Of a stretch of DNA of 46,348 bases, positions 19,609 through 29,024 are shown in pieces. Within the stretch, counting starts at the first letter, position 1. Every line of letters begins with the position of its first letter. The position numbers were made by a program, and so were the translations under genes. The DNA lies in the sequence record SRR2962707_3652, one strand, 5' to 3'. The notes beneath the pieces are model-generated. The model made no database searches and was not told the DNA's origin. It saw only the letters and a list, made by a program, of their open reading frames with translations.

Positions 19609-20454
19609 GTGCACATGGAATTCCAAAAAAGACCTATTTACATCAATGAGACAAATTTCCGTAAGTCATTTCCAAGTGAGTTCGGGAATTGTTTTTACAT
19701 TTTCAAATCCAATAGTACCATAGGTGATGAATATATCTCAGGATATTCATTCAAGTATGTTTATGATGGTTATGAAGAATATAATATTGATGGCCATTTT
19801 GTTACGCTTAATTCAGGGCAGTGCTTATTCGTTAATTATGGTAGCAAAGTAAAGGTCAATTCAAAAGGACAAGCCATCTCCTTGTTTATTGAGCCGCAAT
19901 TGATAAATCAAGTCTCTAATGCATTCAAGCCTGGCATGAACATCCCATCGAGTAGTGTTCATGTAACCAGTTTGCCTTCAAGCTTTGTCGATGAACTTAA
20001 AAGGTTGGTTTCAAAAACTAATATTGGAGTAGATGATTCATTTTATTACTATGTAGCTAGATTGTTTGTAATAAACCAAATATTATCTCTTGAACCAGAA
20101 TCCATTGAATCTACCGATAATTGTCAACGTTCGGATTATTTGGTAGGAAGACTTGAAATCGCGAAAAGTGTCATTCTGGATATGACCAATAATCTTACGC
20201 TCGACTCGCTTTCACGAGAAGCAGCCGTTTCGAAATGGCACTTAATAAGATCTTTTAAAAATTTATATGGGATTACCCCTTATCAATATCTTTTGAAAAA
20301 GCGATTACTTAAAGCAATTCGTCTTTTATCTGAGGGATGTTCTATAACGGATACAGCAATTCAGGTTGGTTATGGTTCTGTACATGCATTTTCTAAACAA
20401 TTCAAAAAGACCATCGGATACTCACCCAGTGATCTTATTTTTCACAGGGCTTAA
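19609..20454 (+). CDS. Cytoplasmic AraC family regulator (cupin + HTH_18)
   Basis: SFKYVYDGYEEY cupin; LTLDSLSREAAVSKWHLIRSFK..GITPYQY..VGYGSVHAFSKQFKK. Confidence 0.93.
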   Translation: MHMEFQKRPIYINETNFRKSFPSEFGNCFYIFKSNSTIGDEYISGYSFKYVYDGYEEYNIDGHFVTLNSGQCLFVNYGSKVKVNSKGQAISLFIEPQLINQVSNAFKPGMNIPSSSVHVTSLPSSFVDELKRLVSKTNIGVDDSFYYYVARLFVINQILSLEPESIESTDNCQRSDYLVGRLEIAKSVILDMTNNLTLDSLSREAAVSKWHLIRSFKNLYGITPYQYLLKKRLLKAIRLLSEGCSITDTAIQVGYGSVHAFSKQFKKTIGYSPSDLIFHRA

Positions 20455-20522
20455 TGGGTAATTCGAACACAGCTTCCAGCATCATTCATAAGTATAAATC
20501 ACCACTATCATCACTTCCTTTT

Positions 20523-21531
20523 ATGCCTAAGTCTGTTATTTATTTTTCCTGTTTCCTTAATCTTTTTGTGGGGGTTGGTCAATACCAAGAGTTTACAGAG
20601 AGAGAAATTCAATTCCAAAGTGGTGAGGTAACCTTAAGAGGTACGATAATAAAACCCTCTTCAAGTGCCACTGTGCCAGCAATAGTATTTCTGCACGGCT
20701 CAGGGGCACATGAAAGATCAGGCTTTAGACCCTATGCTGAAAAATTTGCCAGGCTAGGGTTTGCCAGTATTTACTTCGATAAAAGAGGAACTGGTGAGTC
20801 TGACGGATCATGGATATATTCTTCACTAGATGATCTTGCAAATGATGCCTTAAGTGCAGTATCCTACTTGAAAAATGAAGAAGGAATTGATGCATCAAGA
20901 ATCGGATTATGGGGAATAAGCCAAGCGGGTTGGGTAGCTCCTATCGCAGCTACAAAAAACAAATGACGTTGCATTTATGATCATTATATCTGGGGGAGGT
21001 GCTAGTCCGAGAGAATCTGAAGACTACTCTTATAATGTATACTTTGATAGAATTGGACTCAATAATTCAGAGAAAAAGGAGGCTTTTGAATTAGTGAATT
21101 CCTATTTTAAATATCTTGAAACAGGAGAAAATTATATAGGGTTAAAATCCCTTCTTTCCAATTATACAACTGAATCTCTTAAACCACTAGCGTCTAGATT
21201 AATGGAGATTCTTCCAACAGAACAAAACCGTAAAAACTGGGAATGGGTAGCTACTTATGAACCTGTTAAGGACATCAAAAAGCTTAAAATCCCAGTACTT
21301 ATATTGCTGGGTGAATTAGATGAGCAACATCCATCCAAACTGACACTGAGTAAATGGAAAGGAGCTTTACCTTCAGAAACATATGAAAATTCATCTATCC
21401 TTGTATTCCCGGGGGCTGGGCATGGTGTTAGAATGAGAGCCGAACACAATGGTCAAGGGAGAGCACCTTTTGCAGATGGATACATGGAGATCCAGATTGG
21501 TTGGTTGTGGAAGAATATTTTAAGCAAATAG
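20523..21531 (+). pseudogene. Frameshifted alpha/beta hydrolase (S9-like), split into ORFs 20454-20966 and 20977-21531
   Basis: VFLHGSG, DKRGTG, GISQAGW in part 1; GELD and HG in part 2; one extra A near 20954-20963 breaks the frame. Confidence 0.88.
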
Positions 21532-21622
21532 CAACTTGTATTCCAAAGTATCAATTATTGAATGGCCTTATTACTGAGAGAATAACATTACCATATTTTT
21601 CGAAATTACCTTTTATTGAAAA

Positions 21623-22933
21623 TCACATTTCATTTCTAATTTTTTCAATCATTTTTTTGGCATTGGCAGAAGATGGATTTAGCTCTAATGCCTTTTCGTA
21701 ATTTGCTAGTGCCAATTGTTTATTACCTAGTGCAAGGTAAGTTTCTCCTAAGCTGTCATAGGGATTGGATTTGTCTGGGAAAGCCAACACCTGTATTTTA
21801 AAGATCGCCAAAGCATTCTGTAAGTTTCCTTTTCTTATCATTTCATAGCCGAACAAGTTAATATCTCCTTCTTCGAACATAATCCAATCTGGAAACTTTT
21901 CGATCCAGGACTCATATTTGCTAAGAGCATAATCTCCGCCTTCATTCTCAACTATCTCAAAAAAGTCAGCTTGTGTTAACGGAGCATCTATTCCAGCTGC
22001 GATATATGCTCGGGAAAGGTTAGAAAATGTGGACTTTGATCTTGGAAATATTTTGTTCATTCTCTCAAAAACTTTTAACGCGAATTCATATTGATTCCTT
22101 TTCAAAAAGTAATCTCCGAGCGATTCCATATCACCATAATGTATTTCTTCAATAGTGACAGCATCAAGCTTCCCTTCAAAGGATTTTTCGATTTTCTTCC
22201 TCGTTTCTTCATGAGTTCTTATTTGAGTAGCTGTTTGTTTAAGCTGCTTTATAATTAAGCTTTCTTCTGCTATCAAGCCGGATTGAGGATCCCATGCATC
22301 ATATTCCATATAGCGTGCTACACTTTTTGCCGCATCGATTCCAGCTAATCTCCTCAGGAGGTGCAGAGATCCCTCCATACCAGATGATACTCCACCGCTG
22401 GTGATAACCTTATCATTATCGACGAATTTTGTATTTCCCAACACTTCCGCATTTGGGGAGAGCCTTTGGAGATAGGCCAAATTACTATGATGCGTTGTGG
22501 CTTTGAGTTCCTCAAGAAATCCCAGTTTTGCCGCAACATGTGATCCTGTGCAGACAGTAAGCAAATGATTTAAGTTGGGGTAAATCCGATCTACCCAATC
22601 CATAAAAACCGAATCACGATATAAAATCCCAGTTGATCCTCCTGGTATGATGAGAATATCAATCTCTGGCGCATTATGAATTGTGAAATTTGGGATTATC
22701 TCAAGAAAAGTCATACTCGAGATTGTTCCCTCTTTTGGTGCTACTGTGAATATATTGAAGTTGACTATATCATTTCTTGTTCTAGCTGAGGCAAAAATTT
22801 CTCCTGGACCAGCAAAATCGAATAGTTCGACCTCTTCATGGACAATTATCGCCACATTCAGTTCCTGTTTTTGCTGTCCGATGCTTACGTCTATAATCAT
22901 GGACAGTATTAAAATGGATAATATGCGTTTCAT
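21623..22933 (-). CDS. Exported DJ-1/PfpI family protein with C-terminal TPR
   Basis: ELFDFAGPGEIF, IIPGG, TVCTGS, ATTH, ITSGGVSSG; TPR NPYDSLGETY..YEKALELNP. Confidence 0.92.
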   Translation of the reverse strand: MKRILSILILSMIIDVSIGQQKQELNVAIIVHEEVELFDFAGPGEIFASARTRNDIVNFNIFTVAPKEGTISSMTFLEIIPNFTIHNAPEIDILIIPGGSTGILYRDSVFMDWVDRIYPNLNHLLTVCTGSHVAAKLGFLEELKATTHHSNLAYLQRLSPNAEVLGNTKFVDNDKVITSGGVSSGMEGSLHLLRRLAGIDAAKSVARYMEYDAWDPQSGLIAEESLIIKQLKQTATQIRTHEETRKKIEKSFEGKLDAVTIEEIHYGDMESLGDYFLKRNQYEFALKVFERMNKIFPRSKSTFSNLSRAYIAAGIDAPLTQADFFEIVENEGGDYALSKYESWIEKFPDWIMFEEGDINLFGYEMIRKGNLQNALAIFKIQVLAFPDKSNPYDSLGETYLALGNKQLALANYEKALELNPSSANAKKMIEKIRNEM

Positions 22934-22946
22934 TCTTGTAAATTCT

Positions 22947-23912
22947 TTATTTGGTTACTTGAGTAATTGCTTTAGTTGAGATATCAATTTTATAAATCCT
23001 GTTTAGGCCAGAATTTTCAGAGGAAAAGTATATGAAGGATTCATCAGCGCTCCATTCCGGTTTTCGAATTCTTGCCATTGTGCCATTCGTCAGTTGGTTA
23101 ATATTGGCACCATTGGCATCAGCAATTACCAACTCGTCTGTATTATTTATCTTTTTAATGAATGTGATTTTCTCGCCACTTTTGGAAAACACCTGATGGC
23201 TATCTGTTACCATAAGTCTAGACCTCTCTGATCCATCTAGTTTTATTTTATGAATTTCCCAGTTTTTGTTTTCAGAATCTCTTGCAAGAAAGGTTATGAA
23301 CTGATCATTATCTACCCATCTTGGAGTTGCGAAATAGACATTATCATCTGTCAATAGTTTAGTATTGGTTCCATCATCATTCATAATGTAAAGACCAGTT
23401 CGGCCGCTTCTCCTGCTTATGAAGGCAATCGAGGAATCACCACCAGAGAATGAAGGCAATCCATCATATCCACTTTCAAATGTCAAGCGTGTTTTGTATC
23501 GACCATCATTTTGCATGATCACTACTTCTGCGTTTTTACCATGATAGGAGGTGAATGCCAAACGATCACCAGTGGATGACCATGCTACTTGATGATCCTT
23601 TTCTTGAGTGAAAGTGAGTCGAATTAGCTCGCCAGAGCTGATTTCTAACCTATACAAATTATGTTCATTATTCTGAGTAGAATTAAACACCAGGTACTTT
23701 CCATCTGGGGAAGGATTGGGCTCACTGTCATTGTATTCACCTTCTTTGAGAAGTGGCATTTTGCAGGCTTTGCATTTTCCTGGCTCATTAAAATGTATGT
23801 AGTCGAGATCACATCCGCAGGGATCACAATGATATTTTTGCCCTTTGACTGAACTTATAAAAAGTATGATTAATGAGAAAAATATCAACCTTAAGTTATT
23901 CGTATTCATCAT
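22947..23912 (-). CDS. TolB-like (PD40) beta-propeller with N-terminal heavy-metal-binding-like Cys domain (likely start 23912/23909)
   Basis: YHCDPCGC..PGKCKACKMPL; SPDGKYLVF, WSSTGDRLAF, PEWSAD repeats. Confidence 0.85.
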   Translation of the reverse strand: MMNTNNLRLIFFSLIILFISSVKGQKYHCDPCGCDLDYIHFNEPGKCKACKMPLLKEGEYNDSEPNPSPDGKYLVFNSTQNNEHNLYRLEISSGELIRLTFTQEKDHQVAWSSTGDRLAFTSYHGKNAEVVIMQNDGRYKTRLTFESGYDGLPSFSGGDSSIAFISRRSGRTGLYIMNDDGTNTKLLTDDNVYFATPRWVDNDQFITFLARDSENKNWEIHKIKLDGSERSRLMVTDSHQVFSKSGEKITFIKKINNTDELVIADANGANINQLTNGTMARIRKPEWSADESFIYFSSENSGLNRIYKIDISTKAITQVTK

Positions 23913-23944
23913 GGTGTGTACTGTTTCATCATGGTGTGTACTGT
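23905..23944. repeat. Perfect 20-bp tandem duplication
   Basis: TTCATCATGGTGTGTACTGT twice. Confidence 0.95.
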
Positions 23945-24339
23945 ATGAAATGTCAATAGACGAATGTATTGTTGGATTTTCGTTGTACACACTTTATTAG
24001 ACGTTTGACCGTGGAGATTCGACAGTTCAGGTAAGCGCTGAAATGTTGACTCACTGATTCTTTACTTTCTGAGAATGTCAAAAAACTAGTATTAATTGTC
24101 TAAAAAGATTCTTCTAATTTGTTCTGAGTATCATTATTGGGTCTCAAATCATCGATATATGTTGAGTAAAAGAATGAATTGATTTAAGCCTGGTTGTTAA
24201 GTCCCACAAGAATGTGGGTAAAGACTCATACATCATTTTTCTAGATCCTTCAGAAGAATTGATTGCAGTGTACATTTAAGTGTTGGGAAGAAGATATGTT
24301 ATTTAGAAAGAAAATCAGTAGCGTTAGAGGACCATTAGA

Positions 24340-25362
24340 ATGCACATAAATAGTGTCCGAATTTTCAGAAATCACTTTCTCATTTTTCAGCTAATCTTTT
24401 GGTTGTGTTATACGCTATATATCTTTTTTTTCGAAACTCAATGGATGAATGGATGGATGATTTGGGTATTCGTTTCATTTAAATCATTGCTTTTGATGAG
24501 CTTGACTTATGGTCATTTATATCTTCTTGAATGGTTGATAAGAAAGAAATACATCATGTATTCTATTTCAATCGTAATTACTCTTACTATCTATGGTTGT
24601 GGCAATGAATTGTCACATTATTTGAGAAATTCAAGTAGAGGCTGGAACGGCAGAGAAGTTGAATATTTTGAGGCTTTTTGGAAGCACTATTTGAGCGGCT
24701 TGATTTATTTACTAATTGGATCCCCAATCTTTTTAGCTAGGCGTTACTTTGACAATCTCAACATTGAGAAGCAGATTAAGGAGGAGTTTAAATCCCAACA
24801 ATTACAGTATTTGAGGCTTCAACTAAATCCTCATTTTCTCTTTAATTCCCTCAATAATCTTTTGCTCTTTCAAAGAAAATCAGCCGATAAGGCTAGGCTA
24901 TTTGCAGGGCAGATTAGCGAGTTGGTAACATACCTTATTGAATCTTCAGAGCAAAAGTCTGTTAACCTTCGAGATGAAATAGCATTTATTAAGTCTTACC
25001 TGGCTCTTGAAGAAGTTCGCTCCGCGAATTCGAATGTGAAATTTGTATGTAAGGTAGAGTTAGAAAGAGAACAGAGAATTCCAGGACTGATTCTTCTTCC
25101 ACTTGTAGAAAACGGTATAAAATATGGGAATACTGGAAATGCTTCTCAAACTTCAATTGATTTATTAGCTGATAAAAAGGGCCTAAGATTAGAAGTTATA
25201 AATGATTTTGATCCTCAGAATAGAAAGAGTGGAACAGGAATAGGCTTGGTCAACTTAAAGAAGCGTCTTTACCTATTATATGGCAATAGATTCAAGCTTG
25301 AAACAGAAATTCGAAACGAAAATATATATAGAGCGTGCTTGCAAGTTCCTTATTTGAAATAA
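24340..25362 (+). CDS. LytS-type sensor histidine kinase
   Basis: TM N-terminus, QLNPHFLFNSLNN, LLPLVENGIKYG, GIGLVNLKKRL. Confidence 0.95.
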   Translation: MHINSVRIFRNHFLIFQLIFWLCYTLYIFFFETQWMNGWMIWVFVSFKSLLLMSLTYGHLYLLEWLIRKKYIMYSISIVITLTIYGCGNELSHYLRNSSRGWNGREVEYFEAFWKHYLSGLIYLLIGSPIFLARRYFDNLNIEKQIKEEFKSQQLQYLRLQLNPHFLFNSLNNLLLFQRKSADKARLFAGQISELVTYLIESSEQKSVNLRDEIAFIKSYLALEEVRSANSNVKFVCKVELEREQRIPGLILLPLVENGIKYGNTGNASQTSIDLLADKKGLRLEVINDFDPQNRKSGTGIGLVNLKKRLYLLYGNRFKLETEIRNENIYRACLQVPYLK

Positions 25363-26333
25363 AAGAAATTATAACCAGACCAAAGTTGATTGCATTGCAA
25401 GTGGTTTTTTGGTCTGGATTTCTATTGCAAATTGTAAGTGAAGTGTTGTATCACCATGAAACATTGACAGTGTTTTGCTTTAAATTTCTGTCATTAAGCC
25501 TGAGTATTGTACTTGTATACGTTCACTTAATTGTTCTTCTTCCACTGCTACTTGATCGTAAAATTTATCTTATTTATGGCTGCTTAATCATATTATCTGG
25601 AATTTCATTTACACTGATTCTTAATTTAATAATGAGTGCCAGAGTTGCCTTACTTAGTGATTCTAGTTTTGTATTTCTGGAAGTGTATACAAATTTCTAT
25701 TATCGCCCATATCTTATTATGATGTTGACCGTGCCATTTTACTATGGGTTGCTTCAGCTAAAACAAGCAGAATCCTTGACCGAAATAGGCTATAAATCAC
25801 AGCAGACAAGAAAAACGACAGAATTGCTTAAGCTTTTTTTATCATTATTATTAGATCAACTACAGACAATTAGAGATAGTGATCTCAGTACTTCTGCCAC
25901 TGGAACAAAACTAGAGCAAGTTGCAAATGTCTCGAGGGGAATTATGCAGGTTAAACCTGAAGATAAGGTCAAACTGGAAGATGAATTATCCTTGGTCAAG
26001 AGTATCGTTGAATTAAAATCGGGTTCCAATGTTCTTACATTAAAAGCATCCGGGACGCAATATGAAATACCTCATGGTCTCATAGTACTACTTACCAATG
26101 AAATATTTAACCAAAGCCTGGGAATTGGAGTTAAATTAGAAATGGAGGTTGATTGTTATAGTTCTGGTCTTTATGAAATTAAAATTGGCCAGAAGAAGCA
26201 ATTGAATTTACAAAAATCCAATTGGGACAAGCTCAAATTAGGTTTGACAAAATCATTTGAAGAGTTAACAGGATCAGTTATTGAGATTGATCATCAATAT
26301 GATTCAATCGTAATTAAAAACCTCAACAGATGA
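25335..26333 (+). CDS. Degenerate LytS-like membrane sensor lacking the phospho-His motif (start uncertain)
   Basis: LytS-like TM region and VKLEDELSLVKS / IPHGLIVLL, but no QLNPHFLFN or ENxxKHG. Confidence 0.65.
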   Translation: MLASSLFEIKEIITRPKLIALQVVFWSGFLLQIVSEVLYHHETLTVFCFKFLSLSLSIVLVYVHLIVLLPLLLDRKIYLIYGCLIILSGISFTLILNLIMSARVALLSDSSFVFLEVYTNFYYRPYLIMMLTVPFYYGLLQLKQAESLTEIGYKSQQTRKTTELLKLFLSLLLDQLQTIRDSDLSTSATGTKLEQVANVSRGIMQVKPEDKVKLEDELSLVKSIVELKSGSNVLTLKASGTQYEIPHGLIVLLTNEIFNQSLGIGVKLEMEVDCYSSGLYEIKIGQKKQLNLQKSNWDKLKLGLTKSFEELTGSVIEIDHQYDSIVIKNLNR

Positions 26334-27022
26334 AATATACTTGCATAATAATCGATGACGAGCCACCGGCACAGGAACTGCTTCAGGAATATCTCCAAGA
26401 TATTCCGCAAGTGGATATTGTGGGCATATTCGACTCTCCATTGTTAGCACTCAATAAGATTAATGCAAAGGAGCCAGATCTTATTTTCTTGGATGTCAAT
26501 ATGCCCAAGCTTAGTGGGATTGATTTTCTTTCCAATACCTCAATAAAATCAGAAATTATTCTCACTACCGCATATGAAGAATATGCAATAAAAAGCTACG
26601 AATTGAATGTTCTCGACTACTTACTTAAGCCAATTACTTTCGAACGTTTTTTAAAGTCCATCAGTAAGTTTATAAGATCAATGCAGACAATTCAGTCTGA
26701 TAATGATGAATCAGTTTTCGTTAAAAGCAGTCGTAACTTTGTTAACATCAAATATGCCGATTTGTTGATGGTAAAAGGGCTAAAGGACTATGTGATTTTT
26801 CATACTATTGAAAACAATGTAGTTGTCTATTTCAATATGAAAGATTTAGAAGAAATCTTACCTAATAATTTCGTGAGAGTTCATCAATCCTATATCATTA
26901 ACCTTAATCGAATAAGTGAGATAAGGGATAATCATGCTCAAGTTGGAAAAGAGAGGATACCAATAAGTACAAAGTATCGAGAATCCTTTTTAAAATTGAT
27001 CAAAGGCAAAAGTCTAGGCTGA
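26330..27022 (+). CDS. LytR/AlgR family response regulator
   Basis: IIDDEPPA, LIFLDVNMP, TTAY, DYLLKP, FVRVHQSYIIN. Confidence 0.96.
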   Translation: MKYTCIIIDDEPPAQELLQEYLQDIPQVDIVGIFDSPLLALNKINAKEPDLIFLDVNMPKLSGIDFLSNTSIKSEIILTTAYEEYAIKSYELNVLDYLLKPITFERFLKSISKFIRSMQTIQSDNDESVFVKSSRNFVNIKYADLLMVKGLKDYVIFHTIENNVVVYFNMKDLEEILPNNFVRVHQSYIINLNRISEIRDNHAQVGKERIPISTKYRESFLKLIKGKSLG

Positions 27023-27104
27023 TATCAATTTTGAATAACCTCATCTTTCAAGTTCCGCTACTTTCTGATTGAGATTATTAAAAATCCAATAATCTAATTT
27101 ATAG

Positions 27105-27118
27105 GCAATTTTCGACAA
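27105..27118 (+). promoter_or_regulatory. GCAA-N5-GACAA box
   Basis: GCAATTTTCGACAA, 68 nt upstream of ATG 27187. Confidence 0.7.
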
Positions 27119-27186
27119 ATGATATCGTGAATAGGCTTGTTAAATTGTTAGCAATTCTATTTTAAGAGATTATCTAATTGTGTTGT

Positions 27187-28362
27187 ATGAAATTGATTAA
27201 AAAGCTATTTTTATTATTCGTTTTAGTATCCTTTTTCACGATCAACGGATGTGGTTCGGATGAAGCCTCACCTCTCCCTGAACTAGACAAAATAAAAATT
27301 ACATCATCTAATGGGAAGAAGTTGGATTTAAATACAACAACGACTCTTTCTGCATCAGGTTTGGATCAATTTGGTGATCCTATTGAGTTTACTGAGCCCT
27401 TATTGTGGAGTGCAAACAATGAAAATGTAACTATAGATCAGAGTGGCGTAGTTACAGCGATCTTAGTTGGGAATTCAACTATTACTGTTAGCTCCGGATC
27501 AATTGAAGCTACCTACAATGTAACCATATGGGATAGTAGTGCGCCCCGAACCGAAATATATGTTAGCGATGTTGCTGATTATTGGAATCTTGGACCAGCT
27601 CAAATTCTCAAATTCGATGAGAATGGTGAAAACCCGGAGGTATTTATTAAGGATGGTTTAAAAGCACCTCAGGATATTCTGTTTTTGGAGGATCAGGAAG
27701 TCGTACTTATTTCAAATGCAAATTCAAATTCAATCACGAAGTATAATGCAAATACAGGTGCCTACTTAGGTGTTTTTGCTTCAGTACCTGGTGGACCCAC
27801 AAGAATGAAAATTGGAGCAGATGGTTTCCTATACGTTTTGCAGTGGAAAGGAGATGGGACAGTGCTAAGGTTTGAGTTAGATGGCACTCCGTTGGGTGCA
27901 TTTACCTCGCTTGGTGTGAATGAAAGCATTGGGTTGGATTGGGATTCAGATGGGAATCTTTATGTTTCTTCATATAATGAAAATGGAAAAACTGGCTTTT
28001 TTGTTAGAAAATTTGATCCATCAGGGAATGACCTGGGAACTTTTATCGCATCAAATCTTCAAGGCCCTACTAACATATGGTTTGATGAATCCGGAGTTCT
28101 TTTTGTAAATGATTGGCTAGCAGGAAACATCAGCAAATTTAGTTCCTCAGGTGCTTTCCTTGGCACCTTCACATTAGGAATAAAACAAGTCGAAGGGGTT
28201 GATTTTCTAGACAATGGAAATATAGTGGTTGGTGTTGGTTCTTCGTCTACAATCAATCAGTACTCAAGTTCAGGTAGTTTAGTTAAGTATCTGGTCACTA
28301 ATGGAGCGGGTGATTTAATTAAACCAAATGCTGTCAGAATACGGAAAGTGAATCAGAAATAA
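27187..28362 (+). CDS. Lipoprotein: Big_2-type Ig domain plus NHL/Vgb-like beta-propeller
   Basis: Lipobox INGC-GSDE, WSANNENVTIDQSGVVTA, GADGFLYV, DSDGNLYV repeats. Confidence 0.8.
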   Translation: MKLIKKLFLLFVLVSFFTINGCGSDEASPLPELDKIKITSSNGKKLDLNTTTTLSASGLDQFGDPIEFTEPLLWSANNENVTIDQSGVVTAILVGNSTITVSSGSIEATYNVTIWDSSAPRTEIYVSDVADYWNLGPAQILKFDENGENPEVFIKDGLKAPQDILFLEDQEVVLISNANSNSITKYNANTGAYLGVFASVPGGPTRMKIGADGFLYVLQWKGDGTVLRFELDGTPLGAFTSLGVNESIGLDWDSDGNLYVSSYNENGKTGFFVRKFDPSGNDLGTFIASNLQGPTNIWFDESGVLFVNDWLAGNISKFSSSGAFLGTFTLGIKQVEGVDFLDNGNIVVGVGSSSTINQYSSSGSLVKYLVTNGAGDLIKPNAVRIRKVNQK

Positions 28363-28370
28363 ATCTTACG

Positions 28371-28898
28371 ATGATTTATAGCATTCAAATGCTAAGAACA
28401 TATTTGATAAACATCTGTTTCTTACTGGTATCACAAGGTGTTTGTTCACAAGAATATTCTGACTATTCTTCTCCGGAACAAATTGTCGATGCAGCTTTTG
28501 AGGTTCTGTCCGGCAGACCAGATCAACCAAGGGACTGGGTAAGGTTTCGAGCGTTATTTGCACCAACGGCTCAATTTATCGTTGCTCCAAAAAGCAAAAA
28601 TTCTGAAGGATATCAATTAAAAGTTAGAGGTATCGATGAAATAATCAAAAGTCAAAGTAAATGGTTGGAATCAAATCCACTTTTTGAAAAATGTATTTAT
28701 AAAGTGACTGATGAATTCAGACATCTAGCACATGTATTGTGCACATATGAATCAAGAAAGAATGATTCGGAAATTTATGGTCGAGGGGTAAGCAGCTTTC
28801 AGTTAATGAATGATGGGGAACGTTGGTGGATTGTAAATTGGTTTTGGCTTGGTGAAAGTCCAGAAGAACCCATTCCAGAAAAGTATTTACCTAAATGA
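28371..28898 (+). CDS. Exported NTF2/SnoaL-like fold protein
   Basis: RDWVRFRALFAPTA, AHVLCTYE, RGVSSFQLMNDGERWWIV. Confidence 0.7.
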   Translation: MIYSIQMLRTYLINICFLLVSQGVCSQEYSDYSSPEQIVDAAFEVLSGRPDQPRDWVRFRALFAPTAQFIVAPKSKNSEGYQLKVRGIDEIIKSQSKWLESNPLFEKCIYKVTDEFRHLAHVLCTYESRKNDSEIYGRGVSSFQLMNDGERWWIVNWFWLGESPEEPIPEKYLPK

Positions 28899-28928
28899 GG
28901 AGTGAGATATTGTTGTAGTTGTGTTTTT

Positions 28929-28954
28929 GGGCTAGTAGTATCTAGCCCTTTTTT
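28929..28954 (+). terminator. Rho-independent terminator
   Basis: GGGCTAG-tagtat-CTAGCCC-TTTTTT. Confidence 0.8.
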
Positions 28955-29024
28955 CGTTTATGAGATCAGAACCAAAGGAATATCTCTTCGTAAGAGGTTA
29001 TGAAAATGTAACTCTGGAACTAAT

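Noticed and set aside
20954-20960. A_AAA_AAC programmed -1 frameshift
   Set aside because: The downstream half needs a +1 shift; the -1 frame hits a stop within a few codons.
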